Shown: positions 53,427-64,000 of the stretch, piece by piece
Layout of the letters: each line of letters begins with the position of its first letter
Numbering within the stretch: position 1 is the stretch's first letter
DNA from: the human T2T-CHM13v2.0 reference genome, Homo sapiens
Length of the DNA stretch: 64,000 bases
Direction: 5' to 3' (one strand)
Assembly: GCF_009914755.1 (NCBI RefSeq)
Contig: NC_060927.1
Program-made: the position numbers and the translations under genes
The notes under the pieces: model-generated
Seen by the model: the letters and a program-made list of their open reading frames with translations, nothing else
Told to the model about the DNA's origin: nothing
Database searches by the model: none

Positions 53427-54716
53427 TAACATAAAATGTATCAATTCCACACAGTGGCACACAGTATAAAACTCACCACACAGTAATAGCATTAGTAGTT
53501 ATTATTGTTTAAAATTACAGAAAAAAGTTCAATCCCAAGCAACTTTATATAACACCTTTTAGAGAGTTATAAGGCAACTGTAGGTTAAATGCTTTGTAAC
53601 TAAGTCATTAGCAAATCAAGAGCAAAAAACTTTGCAGCCTTTTCTAACTTTAACGAGAGAATAATTGCCTTAAAATTAGAATACAAAATAAAACCATCCA
53701 AATCTTTCTGTGGAATGATGGGACTTAATGGTGCAGAAAGAGTAGGTGGGATTTAATTTAGTGCTTTAATTTAGCTCTCTGGGCTTTTGTAAAGAATAAC
53801 TACAGGGTATCATTTTCATTATTGTGTCAGATTATCAGATACCTTATTTATGTACTGATTTCCATTTTCTTTTCAAAGTTTGGTTATACCTTTCTGTTCA
53901 GAAGTCAAATAAAACAATGATATGCTAAAAAGGCTCTGTGAGGTGAATGACAATTCAATTTCCCCCAGTGTTGGCTGGTTGCATGAGAAAATAAGGAACT
54001 GGAGCAAGTTGACAGGATCTTTAGTTGACTAGATTTATTTCCCAGCATTTTCAGGGTGTGTTAATTGTAACACTTCAGTTAATGAAAAATATTGTGATTA
54101 AACACTGATATGGGTGATAAATGGATTTTTGAACAGATGATGGTAAAATGCTATTTTAAAAACATTGGGAGGAAATAATAAAAACTCTTTTGTTGATTGG
54201 ACCATTATTGTGAGTAAATTAGGCTTCCCAGGAAGGAAATAATTTACTCAAATCACCAGGCTACCATCATCATAATTATTCATGGTGTTACTGAGCTGCT
54301 ATTCCACTTAAATATAGTCTCATTCTACAGAAAGCTTACATAAATTATAAAAAAGGTAGAAAGATACAGAAATGTTAAAATATTAGAAAAAGCAAACTAT
54401 TTTAGACTAAGAATTATACCAATTATCCTTATTAACAATTATACTAATTATTCTTATTAATATTGATGTGTAATGTAAACAGAGAAAAATGCACAAATCA
54501 TAGCTGTATGGCTCAATGAATGATCCCACAGTGAGCCATAATCCCCACCTGGGTCAAGAGGTAAAAGCGTCCCTTCCTCCTTCTTCTAATTATTACACTC
54601 TCTTCTCCCTACAAGTGAGCCTGGTGACTTCTAATACCCATGGCTCAGTTTGTCTGTTTTTGAATTCCATATGAATGGAATCATACAATATGTATTTATT
54701 CTCAGTTGTATATCTT

Positions 54717-54953
54717 TGATATGGACCGGAGACAGGGAAATAATGGGTAGAAGAGGGTGGTTCCCTGGCAAAGGCCCCACTCTCAAGCCTGGAAACCTGT
54801 GGCCCTAAATGGGAACAGGCATTCCTGTTTTCTCGCCCAAAAGTTGCCATTTGGCCTGCCATGTCCCCTATCATGTACCCATATAAACCTCAAACCCCAG
54901 GTTCCATGAGCAGATGAACAGAAGAGCAGAAGAGCAGCAGAGAAGGAGAGGAG
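54717..54953 (+). mobile_element. MER50 ERV1 LTR, 5' part only
   Basis: tgatatggaccggagacagggaaataatgggtagaagagggtggttccctggcaaaggcccc. Confidence 0.75.
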
Positions 54954-55049
54954 TAGTGGTGAAAAGGACATGTGGATCCATGGAGGCTACTTAGAAGGCT
55001 ATAGCAATAGTCCAGGAGAAAGATGGTGATTTTTTAGGTGACCAAAAGC

Positions 55050-55595
55050 CAAATGTAAGACATTAGTGGGATATGGGAACTAAAACTATGAATGTGATTT
55101 AAGCAATGTACTATACTAGTCAATGGTGTAACTGTAGTCTGAACTCTTTGGATTACATCTAGATTATTGTGTTCATTTTAGAGAATTCCAATTTGATAAA
55201 TTAAAAGGTATCCAAAGGACGGTGATTAGGACTATGCCAGGACCAGGAATGGCAAAATGGAGTTGGGACTGGAGTGAGAAAATGTGAGACTAGAGGAGAA
55301 AACAGAGCAACCCAGAAGTGATATTAAAAAATTCAAGAGGTATTTTATGAAAAGTGATGGTTCTACTTATTGTTCTGGAAACAGAACTAGGATCAATGGG
55401 AAGAAGCTATAGAGAAGCCTACATCAGCTCAGTATAAGGAAGATTTCCCATGGTTGGAGTTGCCCAATAATGGAATGGGCTGTCTTCTGCTGCACTGAGC
55501 CTGCTTCCCTGGCAGAGATGTGTAAAGTTTGAAGAGATGCTGGGTTAAATCATCTCCCTGATCTCATCAAACCCTTTAAGATTCTCTGATTCTGT
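55050..55595 (+). mobile_element. CR1/L3 LINE relic
   Basis: tctagattattgtgttca ... gaactaggatcaatgggaagaagctatag ... cagctcagtataaggaaga. Confidence 0.55.
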
Positions 55596-55659
55596 TAAAG
55601 TATGATTTTTTTTGAAAAATTATTCCTAATATTACTATTAATATCCCTACCAATACTAT

Positions 55660-55890
55660 CATCACTTTCTACCATTTAATAAAAATATATATGCCAGGCC
55701 CTATGCAAAACATGTTATGAGTATTATTTCATTTAATCTTTGCAATAACACTTTATGGTGGGTAGTAAAATACAATTCCTATTTTTAGATAACTTAATTG
55801 GGGCTTGGAGAGGTTAACTAATGTCATAAGGATATAAACCCAACCTTTTGATTCTAGAGACAGTTTTTTAAACTAGTGCATTATACCACC
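55660..55890 (-). mobile_element. MIR SINE
   Basis: tatgccaggccctatgc ... atttcatttaatctttgcaataac ... ggagaggttaactaa. Confidence 0.6.
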
Positions 55891-56032
55891 TCATGAAACC
55901 CCTTATTCTACTATATGCCAATTAATCTCATACTGAGTGAATAGTTTAACCAATTTTTAACATTCAAATATGAAAATATATGAAATGCTGTATTTCCAAT
56001 GACAATGTATATTCAATGTCACAGTTAGCAAC

Positions 56033-56448
56033 TGTGTCAGTCAGAATAAGGGTATGTTATGCTTGATAACAAAAAACCCTCAAATCTCAGTGACTTAAAA
56101 ACAACAAATGTTAATTTCTTGCTCATGTTAAGTTTTTATAACAGATCATTATAGGGACTCTGTTTGTCACAGTCATTAAGTGACTGGGTTGACTGAACCA
56201 CCATCATCTTGAATGTTTCTGGTCACAGTGTCAGAGGAAAAGATAATCTGGAAGGTTTCACACCTACAATGTAAATGTTCTTGCCAAGAAATAACGTAGG
56301 CCCTTATGCTCCTAATTAGTTGGCTAGAATTAGTTGGGTTAGTTGGCTCCACCCCCAAACAAGGAAACCTAGAAGTGCAATACAACCATGTACTTGGAAT
56401 CTGGAGAGCTGGGAATATTTGGGGAACAGTGTCAGTAACTACTATAGA
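56033..56448. mobile_element. MLT1-type MaLR LTR
   Basis: tgtgtcagtcagaataagg ... taacaaaaaaccctcaaatctcagtgacttaaaaacaacaaa. Confidence 0.7.
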
Positions 56449-59400
56449 CAATAAATCTTCAAGGATGTCAGAAAACATGCAAACAACTTTTGCTACATAT
56501 ATTTCAGAATTTCTACCAAGAATATAGACTATTCTCATTGTTTATTTACCCCAAGTTGAGAGAACGTTAGAAGAGAGGAAATCTAGAAAACATGCTGAAT
56601 TCTGGTAAAGTTCTTCACTGTATATGTAAAATATAACTTGAATCATAATCATGTCTGGGATTCAAGCCCTGGACATGCCAAAGTAGTATATTTATTTGCG
56701 TTTGGGCTAGATACAAATGTTTAGATGGTAAATGCAGTATTTTACTCCGAGTTTCATTGTACCTACTTAAGTAAAGCCATTATTGGTGAATTGGGAGAAG
56801 AGAATACTAAACAACCCAAGCCTTACATTAGGTTTTGAATATTAAGATATTAGAATAAAAACTATTTCAATGCTTCATAGGAATTTTATTCTGAAAATCC
56901 TTGGCAAGGCAAGTCCATCACTGTCAAATTAACTACAAGTGTGCTATTAAAATCTCTATTTTACTTATATAAAAATATAAACCTCTTAAAAACTTTTACT
57001 TTCTGATAAATATTTGTAATAATACAAAATAAAATAAGTAATTCATCTTATTTCTTGCAGAGACTCTCAGAGTACTCAATTGAAATTTGAACTACTTTTA
57101 TCTAGTATCTGTGACAAAATATAGTTGTTTTATTTATAAATACTCCATGAGTTCAACTACAAAACTAAAAACTGACAATGAAAATATAAAGACAAATCAG
57201 TGGCATCTTTGAAGCATTTCACTGGAAATGGCTGTTAGAAGATAAATTCTTGTTGTAAGTGATTTAAATGCTTGAAGAAAAAGTACATGTGGTGTTGGTA
57301 TGCTAAAAATGTAATTAAAATGTATATTACAAATGCTAGTTTAGAGAAGAACTGATTTTAAAAGCCAATGATGTTTCCTGTAAGGGCACTGCTGTGGTAT
57401 TTTATAATAGATGGTACCTTTTTCTAATTTGAAAGCTACATATTTTAATAGAGAATGGCCCAAAATGTTTTTAAGGTCAAACTGGAAATATGTTGATGAT
57501 TTACAAAAATGTAAGCCAAGTGCTTTATTATATTATACTACCAGAGTGTTATTGTAGTTTAAAAATATCATTAAATCAGCACAAACCTGCACTTATCATT
57601 TCCTACACATTTTTCACACCAAGCTGCCTTCTGACTATGAGTAATCTGTTAATCTACTCTTCGCCTCACAATCCGTCAAAGTGACAGATTCATTCCTTTC
57701 CTAATACATAATATCTTCATTTACTGTATGCCTTGCTGCAACTTTCTTTTTTGCTAGCACTGAAATTTAGAAATTCACAAGCAAATTTAGAGAATGTCAC
57801 ATGGCTGGTTGTTTTTGTTTGCTTCCATTTCTTCTGTTATTCCAGCAAAAGAAACTAAAATTTTTCTGGACTTTTAATGTGAATTAGTAGTATTTCCAAA
57901 ATGAAGGCAGTTTCAGGTTTCAATAGGAGTGTTGTTGAAAAGGTTGGAAGAGGGCAGATGGCAAAAAAAACAAAGTGCATCCTTCACCAAGTTAAAACAC
58001 TGATCATAATGTAATTTTCTTTCAATGTTAGTGGCCAATGTATAGATTCTCACCCCCTACCCTCAACCCTTACTAAGGTGTCAAGGAAAAGATATTCTTT
58101 TGGTAGTTTAGAGATGAGCTGCCCCTCAACAAAAAATGTAGTTTCATTACCATAAATGTCACTGTTTAATTGAAAGCAATACTGTGATTTTACTTAAGCT
58201 GAGACTTTCATTTTATCGTAGTATTGAGATCAGACCAGGCCAGATCTCAGGTTTCTTGTTCACTGCTATTTTGATAATACAAATGGTTCCACTGCTTTAA
58301 AATTGTTCACTACTAATTCAACAGAAAATATTTTACTCTTCTTTTCTTGCAACAGATTACAGTTGCTTTTTAGTTTATTAGTTCTGCAAATAAAGAGAAT
58401 CAAAGACTGAAAAATATGAGAGTATGTACAATTCTAACTCACTTACTTTCATCATAAATAAGCGATAACAAAGTACATTATCTACAAATCGCCATTTGGT
58501 CTCGCTTGTTACTGAGCCAGTGTCCACACAGTAATTCAAAGGTCACTACTGTTGTTAGCCTCAAAAGTCAAAAGCAAATAAGTTGTTTACCTCAAAATGT
58601 GGGAAGCTGCCTTCTAACCAGTCTTGTTTCAGAATATAGTTTTTTTTTCCCATGCCTACACCAAACATCCAACAGCATTTTCTTGTCCTGAGCACCAAAT
58701 TGCATCTGATTTGTCTTAATGGATGGCAAAGGACCTAAAGGCTTTTAAAAATCAATGGACAAGAAAGAGTCAACAGAACAATAATGATAGTGTTAATTCA
58801 GTCAAATACACTAAAAGATGTTTGCCTTTTTGCCTTCAAGTCATCTTAAACAGCCTGGACTGTTGACTTCTATGGTATTTATTATACTGAGCGGGTTTTT
58901 ATATGGTAATGAACAGCATAATATGAAGCTGTGAATGCTGGTAAACAATGCATTGCTAGAGTGAAAAATTATGTGTTTTAACTTTAATCAATTTCAAAAT
59001 GTAATGTTTTTCATTAACAACAGAAACAAAAAAATTACAGGGAAGAAGTAACCAACTGGCAACAAAAGCAGAGTCTGTGAGTGGACACATTTCTGGAAAA
59101 GCAGTGATTTCTCCTGAGCCAGGCTCAGTAGATGCTCCAACTCTCTTTGGCACTGTTCTGAAGATGCCCACACACTGCCTAATGACATGCAGTGTGGACC
59201 TGGTTCTGCTGGAAGGCCACAAGCTCATTAAAGTCACATAGTAGGTACTTCAAAAATACTCATCGAGCGTTGCTGAAAGTATGAGCTACAATACTCTGTG
59301 AATCATTTTATGCTGTAGGGGTTCCCTGTTTAAATGACAGGGAAGCTATCCTGTATTAGATTACAAAATGAATAATGAGATCATGAGTCTACGGATGTGA

Positions 59401-59767
59401 CTGGCTGTAGCCATTTAACAATAATTACGGTCTTCCATTTTTTAGGTTAATGTTATTCTCCTAAACCTCAACTTGCATTCCCTCCCCACCTCCAGACAGA
59501 ATGGAGGTGATTGTTATAAACTAGAATTAGTACTTCTATTTTTTTAAAGGTTCTCATTACTCTTGAGGGGGAAGCTGAATCTTTTAATTAAAAGCTGAAA
59601 CTATAAAACATTAGAATGGTAAATAATTGCTTTGGTAATTACCTTCTTTAACTGGATTGTGGGCCAAAGGTAATCTGAGTTCAGCATCTGGATGGATAAC
59701 AATTGCTGGGGAGGCTTCAGTAATCTCAGGAGCCCCGCTCTCCACTGGTTAAAGATGTCAAGATTCT

Positions 59768-60077
59768 GCCAGGTGCCGTGGCTCACGCCTGTAACCCAGC
59801 CCTTTGGGAGGCCAAGGTGGAGGGACGGTTGCTTGAGCCCAGGAGTACGAGACCAGCTTGGGCAACAGGGCAAGACCCCATTTCTACAAAAAAATCAGCT
59901 TGGCTTGTGCCTGTGGTCTCGGCTACATGGGAAGCTGGAGTGGGAGAGTTACCTGAGCCCGGGAGGCCGAGGCTGCAATGAGCCATGATTGTGCCACTGC
60001 ACTTCAGCCTGGGTGACAGACTGAGATCCTGTCTTCAAAAAGGAAAACATAGAAAAAGCAAAAGTAATAGCGAAAGC
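59768..60077 (+). mobile_element. AluJ
   Basis: Dimeric Alu with J diagnostics (gcttgagcccaggag, gaggctgcaatgagccatgattg). TSD core caagattct at 59759-59767 and 60078-60086. Confidence 0.9.
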
Positions 60078-61083
60078 CAAGATTCTTCAGGTATCTGTCT
60101 TTTCAGACACAGAAGCCTTTGGGAGGTGAGGGGAGAAGATGTGATCTATTGTTCTGAAACTCCTAGGGGAATGGGTTTCATAAGTTTATAATTTTCGAAA
60201 ACATGACAATAACTGAAAATTAATTAGTATTTCCCAGTCTTAATGCCTTTAGACTCTCACAGAGTACAAAGGGAAAACTAGGAAACTCAGGTGGAAGTCC
60301 CAGTGGCCCAAAAGAGACCTGGTCAGAGAGGAGGCAGGTGTCTCAACTAAGGAAACTGGAGGGTGGGGTTAGCTGATGCTCAGGCAGGCGGGTCCAGACA
60401 CGAACATGGAGAGAGTGAAGACAAATAAATCTTGGGCAGGTGGGCAGGGGTGGGGACCAAGACATCTGTTGTGATGGCTAGTTGGTGCCCGGGTCAGTGT
60501 AACTGGACCAGGGATACAATTTGAGCAAACTCACTTAGGTAGAAGAAATAATCAAAACCAGGACTGAAAGTGGGCTTGGCAGGTCAACAAGTACCAAGAG
60601 CAGAGGAGGGAGGAGGAGTGATGGGTCAGGGGACCACCAGCTGCCCAGCACTGTCCACTCACATTGTACTGCTGGTGAATTGCTGGGTCTCCTGGAACCC
60701 ATGGGAATAGTGCCCCCTGGAGTTGTGCAAGGTGTGGTCCAGGGTTAAGAGTGGTCAGAGGTGAAAAGCAGGATGATTCTCGAGGGATTCAGTTTGCTAC
60801 TAGGGGTGCCCTTAACTGAGGCTTTCTCTGGGGCAGGCAGGGTTCAAGAGGTTAGAAAAGTCATTCTGGGGCTTTGCCTCTGCTGTGGATCGGGGAGGAA
60901 AGAGGCCCAGCTGGAGGCTTTTTGTATCAAGTGCTTTAAACGTTTATTTTAAAGGTAGAGCAGTTGACTAAGGACCTCTCCAGGAACAGAAGGGGTGGGG
61001 AGTCAGTTAAATTTGACAGTGCACCAGCACCACAGCTTCAGGTTCTCTCTCTCTAGCTCTTGAGACACACACATACACACACA

Positions 61084-63468
61084 CAGGCATGCCTTGTTTT
61101 ATTGTGTTTTGCTATATTGTTCTTCACAGATGCTGAATTCTCACAAATTGAAGGTTTATGGCACCCTGTGTTGAGCGAGTTTATCAGTGTCATTTATCCA
61201 ACAGCATGGGCTCACTTTGTGTCTCTGTGCCACATTCTGGTAATTCTCTAAATATTTCAAATTTTTTCATTACTGTTCTATCTGTTACGGTGATACGTGA
61301 CAGTGATCTTTGATGTTACTATCAAATTGTTTTGGGACACCAGGAACCATGCCCATATAAGATGGCAAATTTAGTAAATGCGGTTTGTATTCTGACTAAT
61401 TCCACTTGATCAACCATTCATCCCATCTCTCTCTCCCTCCTTGGGCCTACCTATTCCCTGAGGCACAGCAATATTGAAATTAGGCCGATTATTGATAATA
61501 ACCCTACAGTGGACCCTGAGTGTTCACGTGAAAGGAAGAGTCACGTGTCTCTCACTTTCAATCAAAAGCTAGAAATGGTTAAGCTTAGTGAGGAAAGCAT
61601 GCCTAAAGCCAACACAGGCTGAAAGCTAGGCCTCTTGCACCAAAAGCTAAGATGGGAATGCAAAGGAAAAGTTCTCGAAGGAAATTCGAAGTACTTACTC
61701 CAGAGAACACACAAATGGTAAGAAAGTGAAACAGCTTTAATTGGTGATATGGAGAAAGTTTGAGTGGTCTGGATGGAACATCAAACCAGCCACAACATTC
61801 CCTTAAGCCAAAGCCTAATCCAGAACAAGGCCCTAACTCTCTTCAATTCTTTGAAGATTGAGAGAGGTAAGGAAGCTGGAGAATAAAAGTTTTGAGTTAG
61901 CAGAGGTTGATTCCTGGGGTTTAAGGAAAGAAGCCATCTCGGTAACATAAAAATGCAAGCTGAAGCAACAAGTACTGATGTAGAAGCTGCAGCAAGTTAT
62001 CCAGGAGATCTAGCTACAATCATTGATGAAGGTGACTACATTAAATAATAGGTTTTCAATGTAGACAAAACAGTCTTCTATTGGAAGAAGATGACATCTA
62101 GGACTTCCATTACTAGAGGAGAAGTCAATGTCTGGCTTCAAAGCTTCAAAGCACAGGATGACTCTGTTGTTGGGGGCTAATGCAGCTGGTGACTTTAAGT
62201 TGAAGCCAGTGGTCATTGACTATTCCAGAAATCCTAGGGTTCTTAAGAGTGATGCTATTAATAAATCCTACTCTGCCTGTGTTGTATAAAAGGACCAACA
62301 AAGCCTGGATGAAGGCACATCTGCTTATAGCACAGTATACTGAATATCTTGAGCCTACTACTGAGATCTACTGCTCAGAAAAAAAGAGACTCCTTTCAAA
62401 AGATTACTGGTCATTGGCAATGCACCTGGTCACCCATGAGCTCCAATGAAGATGTACAAGGAGATGAATATTGTTTTCATGCCAGCTAACACGACATCTA
62501 TTCTGCAGCTCATGGATCAAGGAGTAATTTAAGCTTTCAAGTCTTCTTAAGAAATACATTTTGTAAGGCTATGGCTGCCATAGATAGTGATTCCTCTGAT
62601 AAATCTGGGCAAAGTAAATTGAAAACTTTCTGGAAAGAATTCACCATTCCAGATGCCACTAAAAACATGCAGCATTCATGGGAGGAGGTCAAAATATCAA
62701 CATGACCAGAAGTTTGGGAGAAATCAGTTCCAACCATCATGGATGACTTTCAGTGGCAGACAGAACTACAGATGTGGTGGAAATAGCAAGAGAACTAGAG
62801 TTAGAAATAAAGCTCGAAGATGTGGCTGAATTGCTGTAATCTCATGATCAAACCTGAATAGATGAGGAACTGCTTCTTATGGTAAGCAAAGAAAGTGGTT
62901 TCTTGAAATGAATCAACTCCTGGTGAAGATGATGTAAACACTAGTTGTAATGACAACAAAGTATTTGAAATATTACATACACTGAGTTGATAAAGCAGCA
63001 GCATGGTTGGGCAAGATTAACTCCAATTTTGAAAGAAGTTCTACTGTGGGTAAAATGCCATCAAACAGCATTGCATGCCACAGAGGAGTCTTTCACGAAA
63101 GGAAGAGTCCAGTGATGTGGCAAACTTCATTGTTGTCTTATTTTAAGAAACTGCCAGAGCCACCCCAACCTTCAGCAACAACCAGTCTGATCATTCAGCA
63201 GCCATCAACATCCAGACAAGACCCTCCACCAGCAAAAAGATTATGACTTATTGAAGGCTCAGTGATTGTTAGCAGTTTTTTAGCAATAAAGTATTTTCAA
63301 ATTAAGGCATGTATATTGTTCTTTTTAGGCATAATGCTATTGTACACCTAACAGACTAAAGAATAGTAACATAACTTTTACATGCACTGGGAAGCTGAAA
63401 ATTCTTGTGATTTTTGCTTTACTGTGGTGGTCTGAAACTCAACCTACAATATCTCTGAGGTACGCTTG
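61084..63468 (+). mobile_element. Near full-length Tigger1 (TcMar-Tigger) DNA transposon with decayed transposase
   Basis: Termini caggcatgccttg ... gaggtacgcttg|ta, about 2.39 kb. Transposase remnants (aagtgttc-like start near 61510; [13 protein letters not shown] in ORF 62216..62449). Confidence 0.92.
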
Positions 63469-64000
63469 TATGTATATATATAATGTGTATATATGTATGT
63501 GTATGCATATAAATAATGGTTTTTTTTTTCTATTTGCTTACCCAGATTCTATTAGCCTGGTGAGAACTGAGTACACCTTCTGCAGCAGTGGCAACCCAAC
63601 CAGATTTCTAGCAAGTGGTACTCTGACTCCATAAAATACGTGTGAATAGGCCCATACAAATAAGCAACTGCCAGTAAGAATACAGGGCGAACACACTAAT
63701 TCAATTTTAGAAAACTGTCTCTATTTAAAGGTGTAAAATGATATCAGATACTTTATATTCTGGATATCTTTTAAGGGATCTTTAAAACAAACTCACAAAA
63801 AAGGTTTCGTTTATTATAAATGGGAACAGGGCCAGGTACTAGAGACTCTTAAGGTAGAGAAGTATACAGGTGCTCATGGGCTCCAGCTAGTGGAATACAC
63901 AGTGACGTAGCTAGTGTAGAGAGATGAGGGAAGTTCATTTTTAAGTGGTGAGATTCACTGAATTCAACACCTATTTTTTATGTGTCTCTTATGTGCCTAT

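Noticed and set aside
61500-62900. Domesticated Tigger transposase (TIGD-like gene)
   Set aside because: The reading frame is broken by many stops and frameshifts; only short fragments remain.

Overview
Primate genomic DNA, human or great ape (it carries AluY and L1PA2 insertions), AT-rich and dense in repeats. It contains the 3' end of a minus-strand protein-coding gene that I recognise from its peptide as CFAP20DC (C3orf67). The penultimate coding exon is at 18180-18274, the terminal coding exon at 6871-6983, and the likely poly(A) signal at 6437-6442. Everything right of 18274 appears to be one long intron; I found no further exon. The intron holds a full-length L1PA4-type LINE-1 in the gene's own orientation (intact ORF1, disrupted ORF2, truncated ORF0), a near full-length old L1MA4-type element with nested insertions, several 5'-truncated L1s, Alus, ERV1 solo LTRs (MER4A, MER34-like, MER50), a near full-length Tigger1, and MER/MIR/L2/CR1 relics. 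Almost all short ORFs in the track are chance ORFs or repeat-derived. I see no evidence of a new multi-gene system. The most interesting signals are: an OCRE-like aromatic repeat at the protein C-terminus, one L1 target site used twice, a fold-back inverted duplication, an ORF2 segment inserted into ORF1 of the old L1, and the possible effect of the sense L1PA4 on the host gene. Repeat subfamily calls come from remembered consensus sequences and need RepeatMasker/Dfam confirmation.
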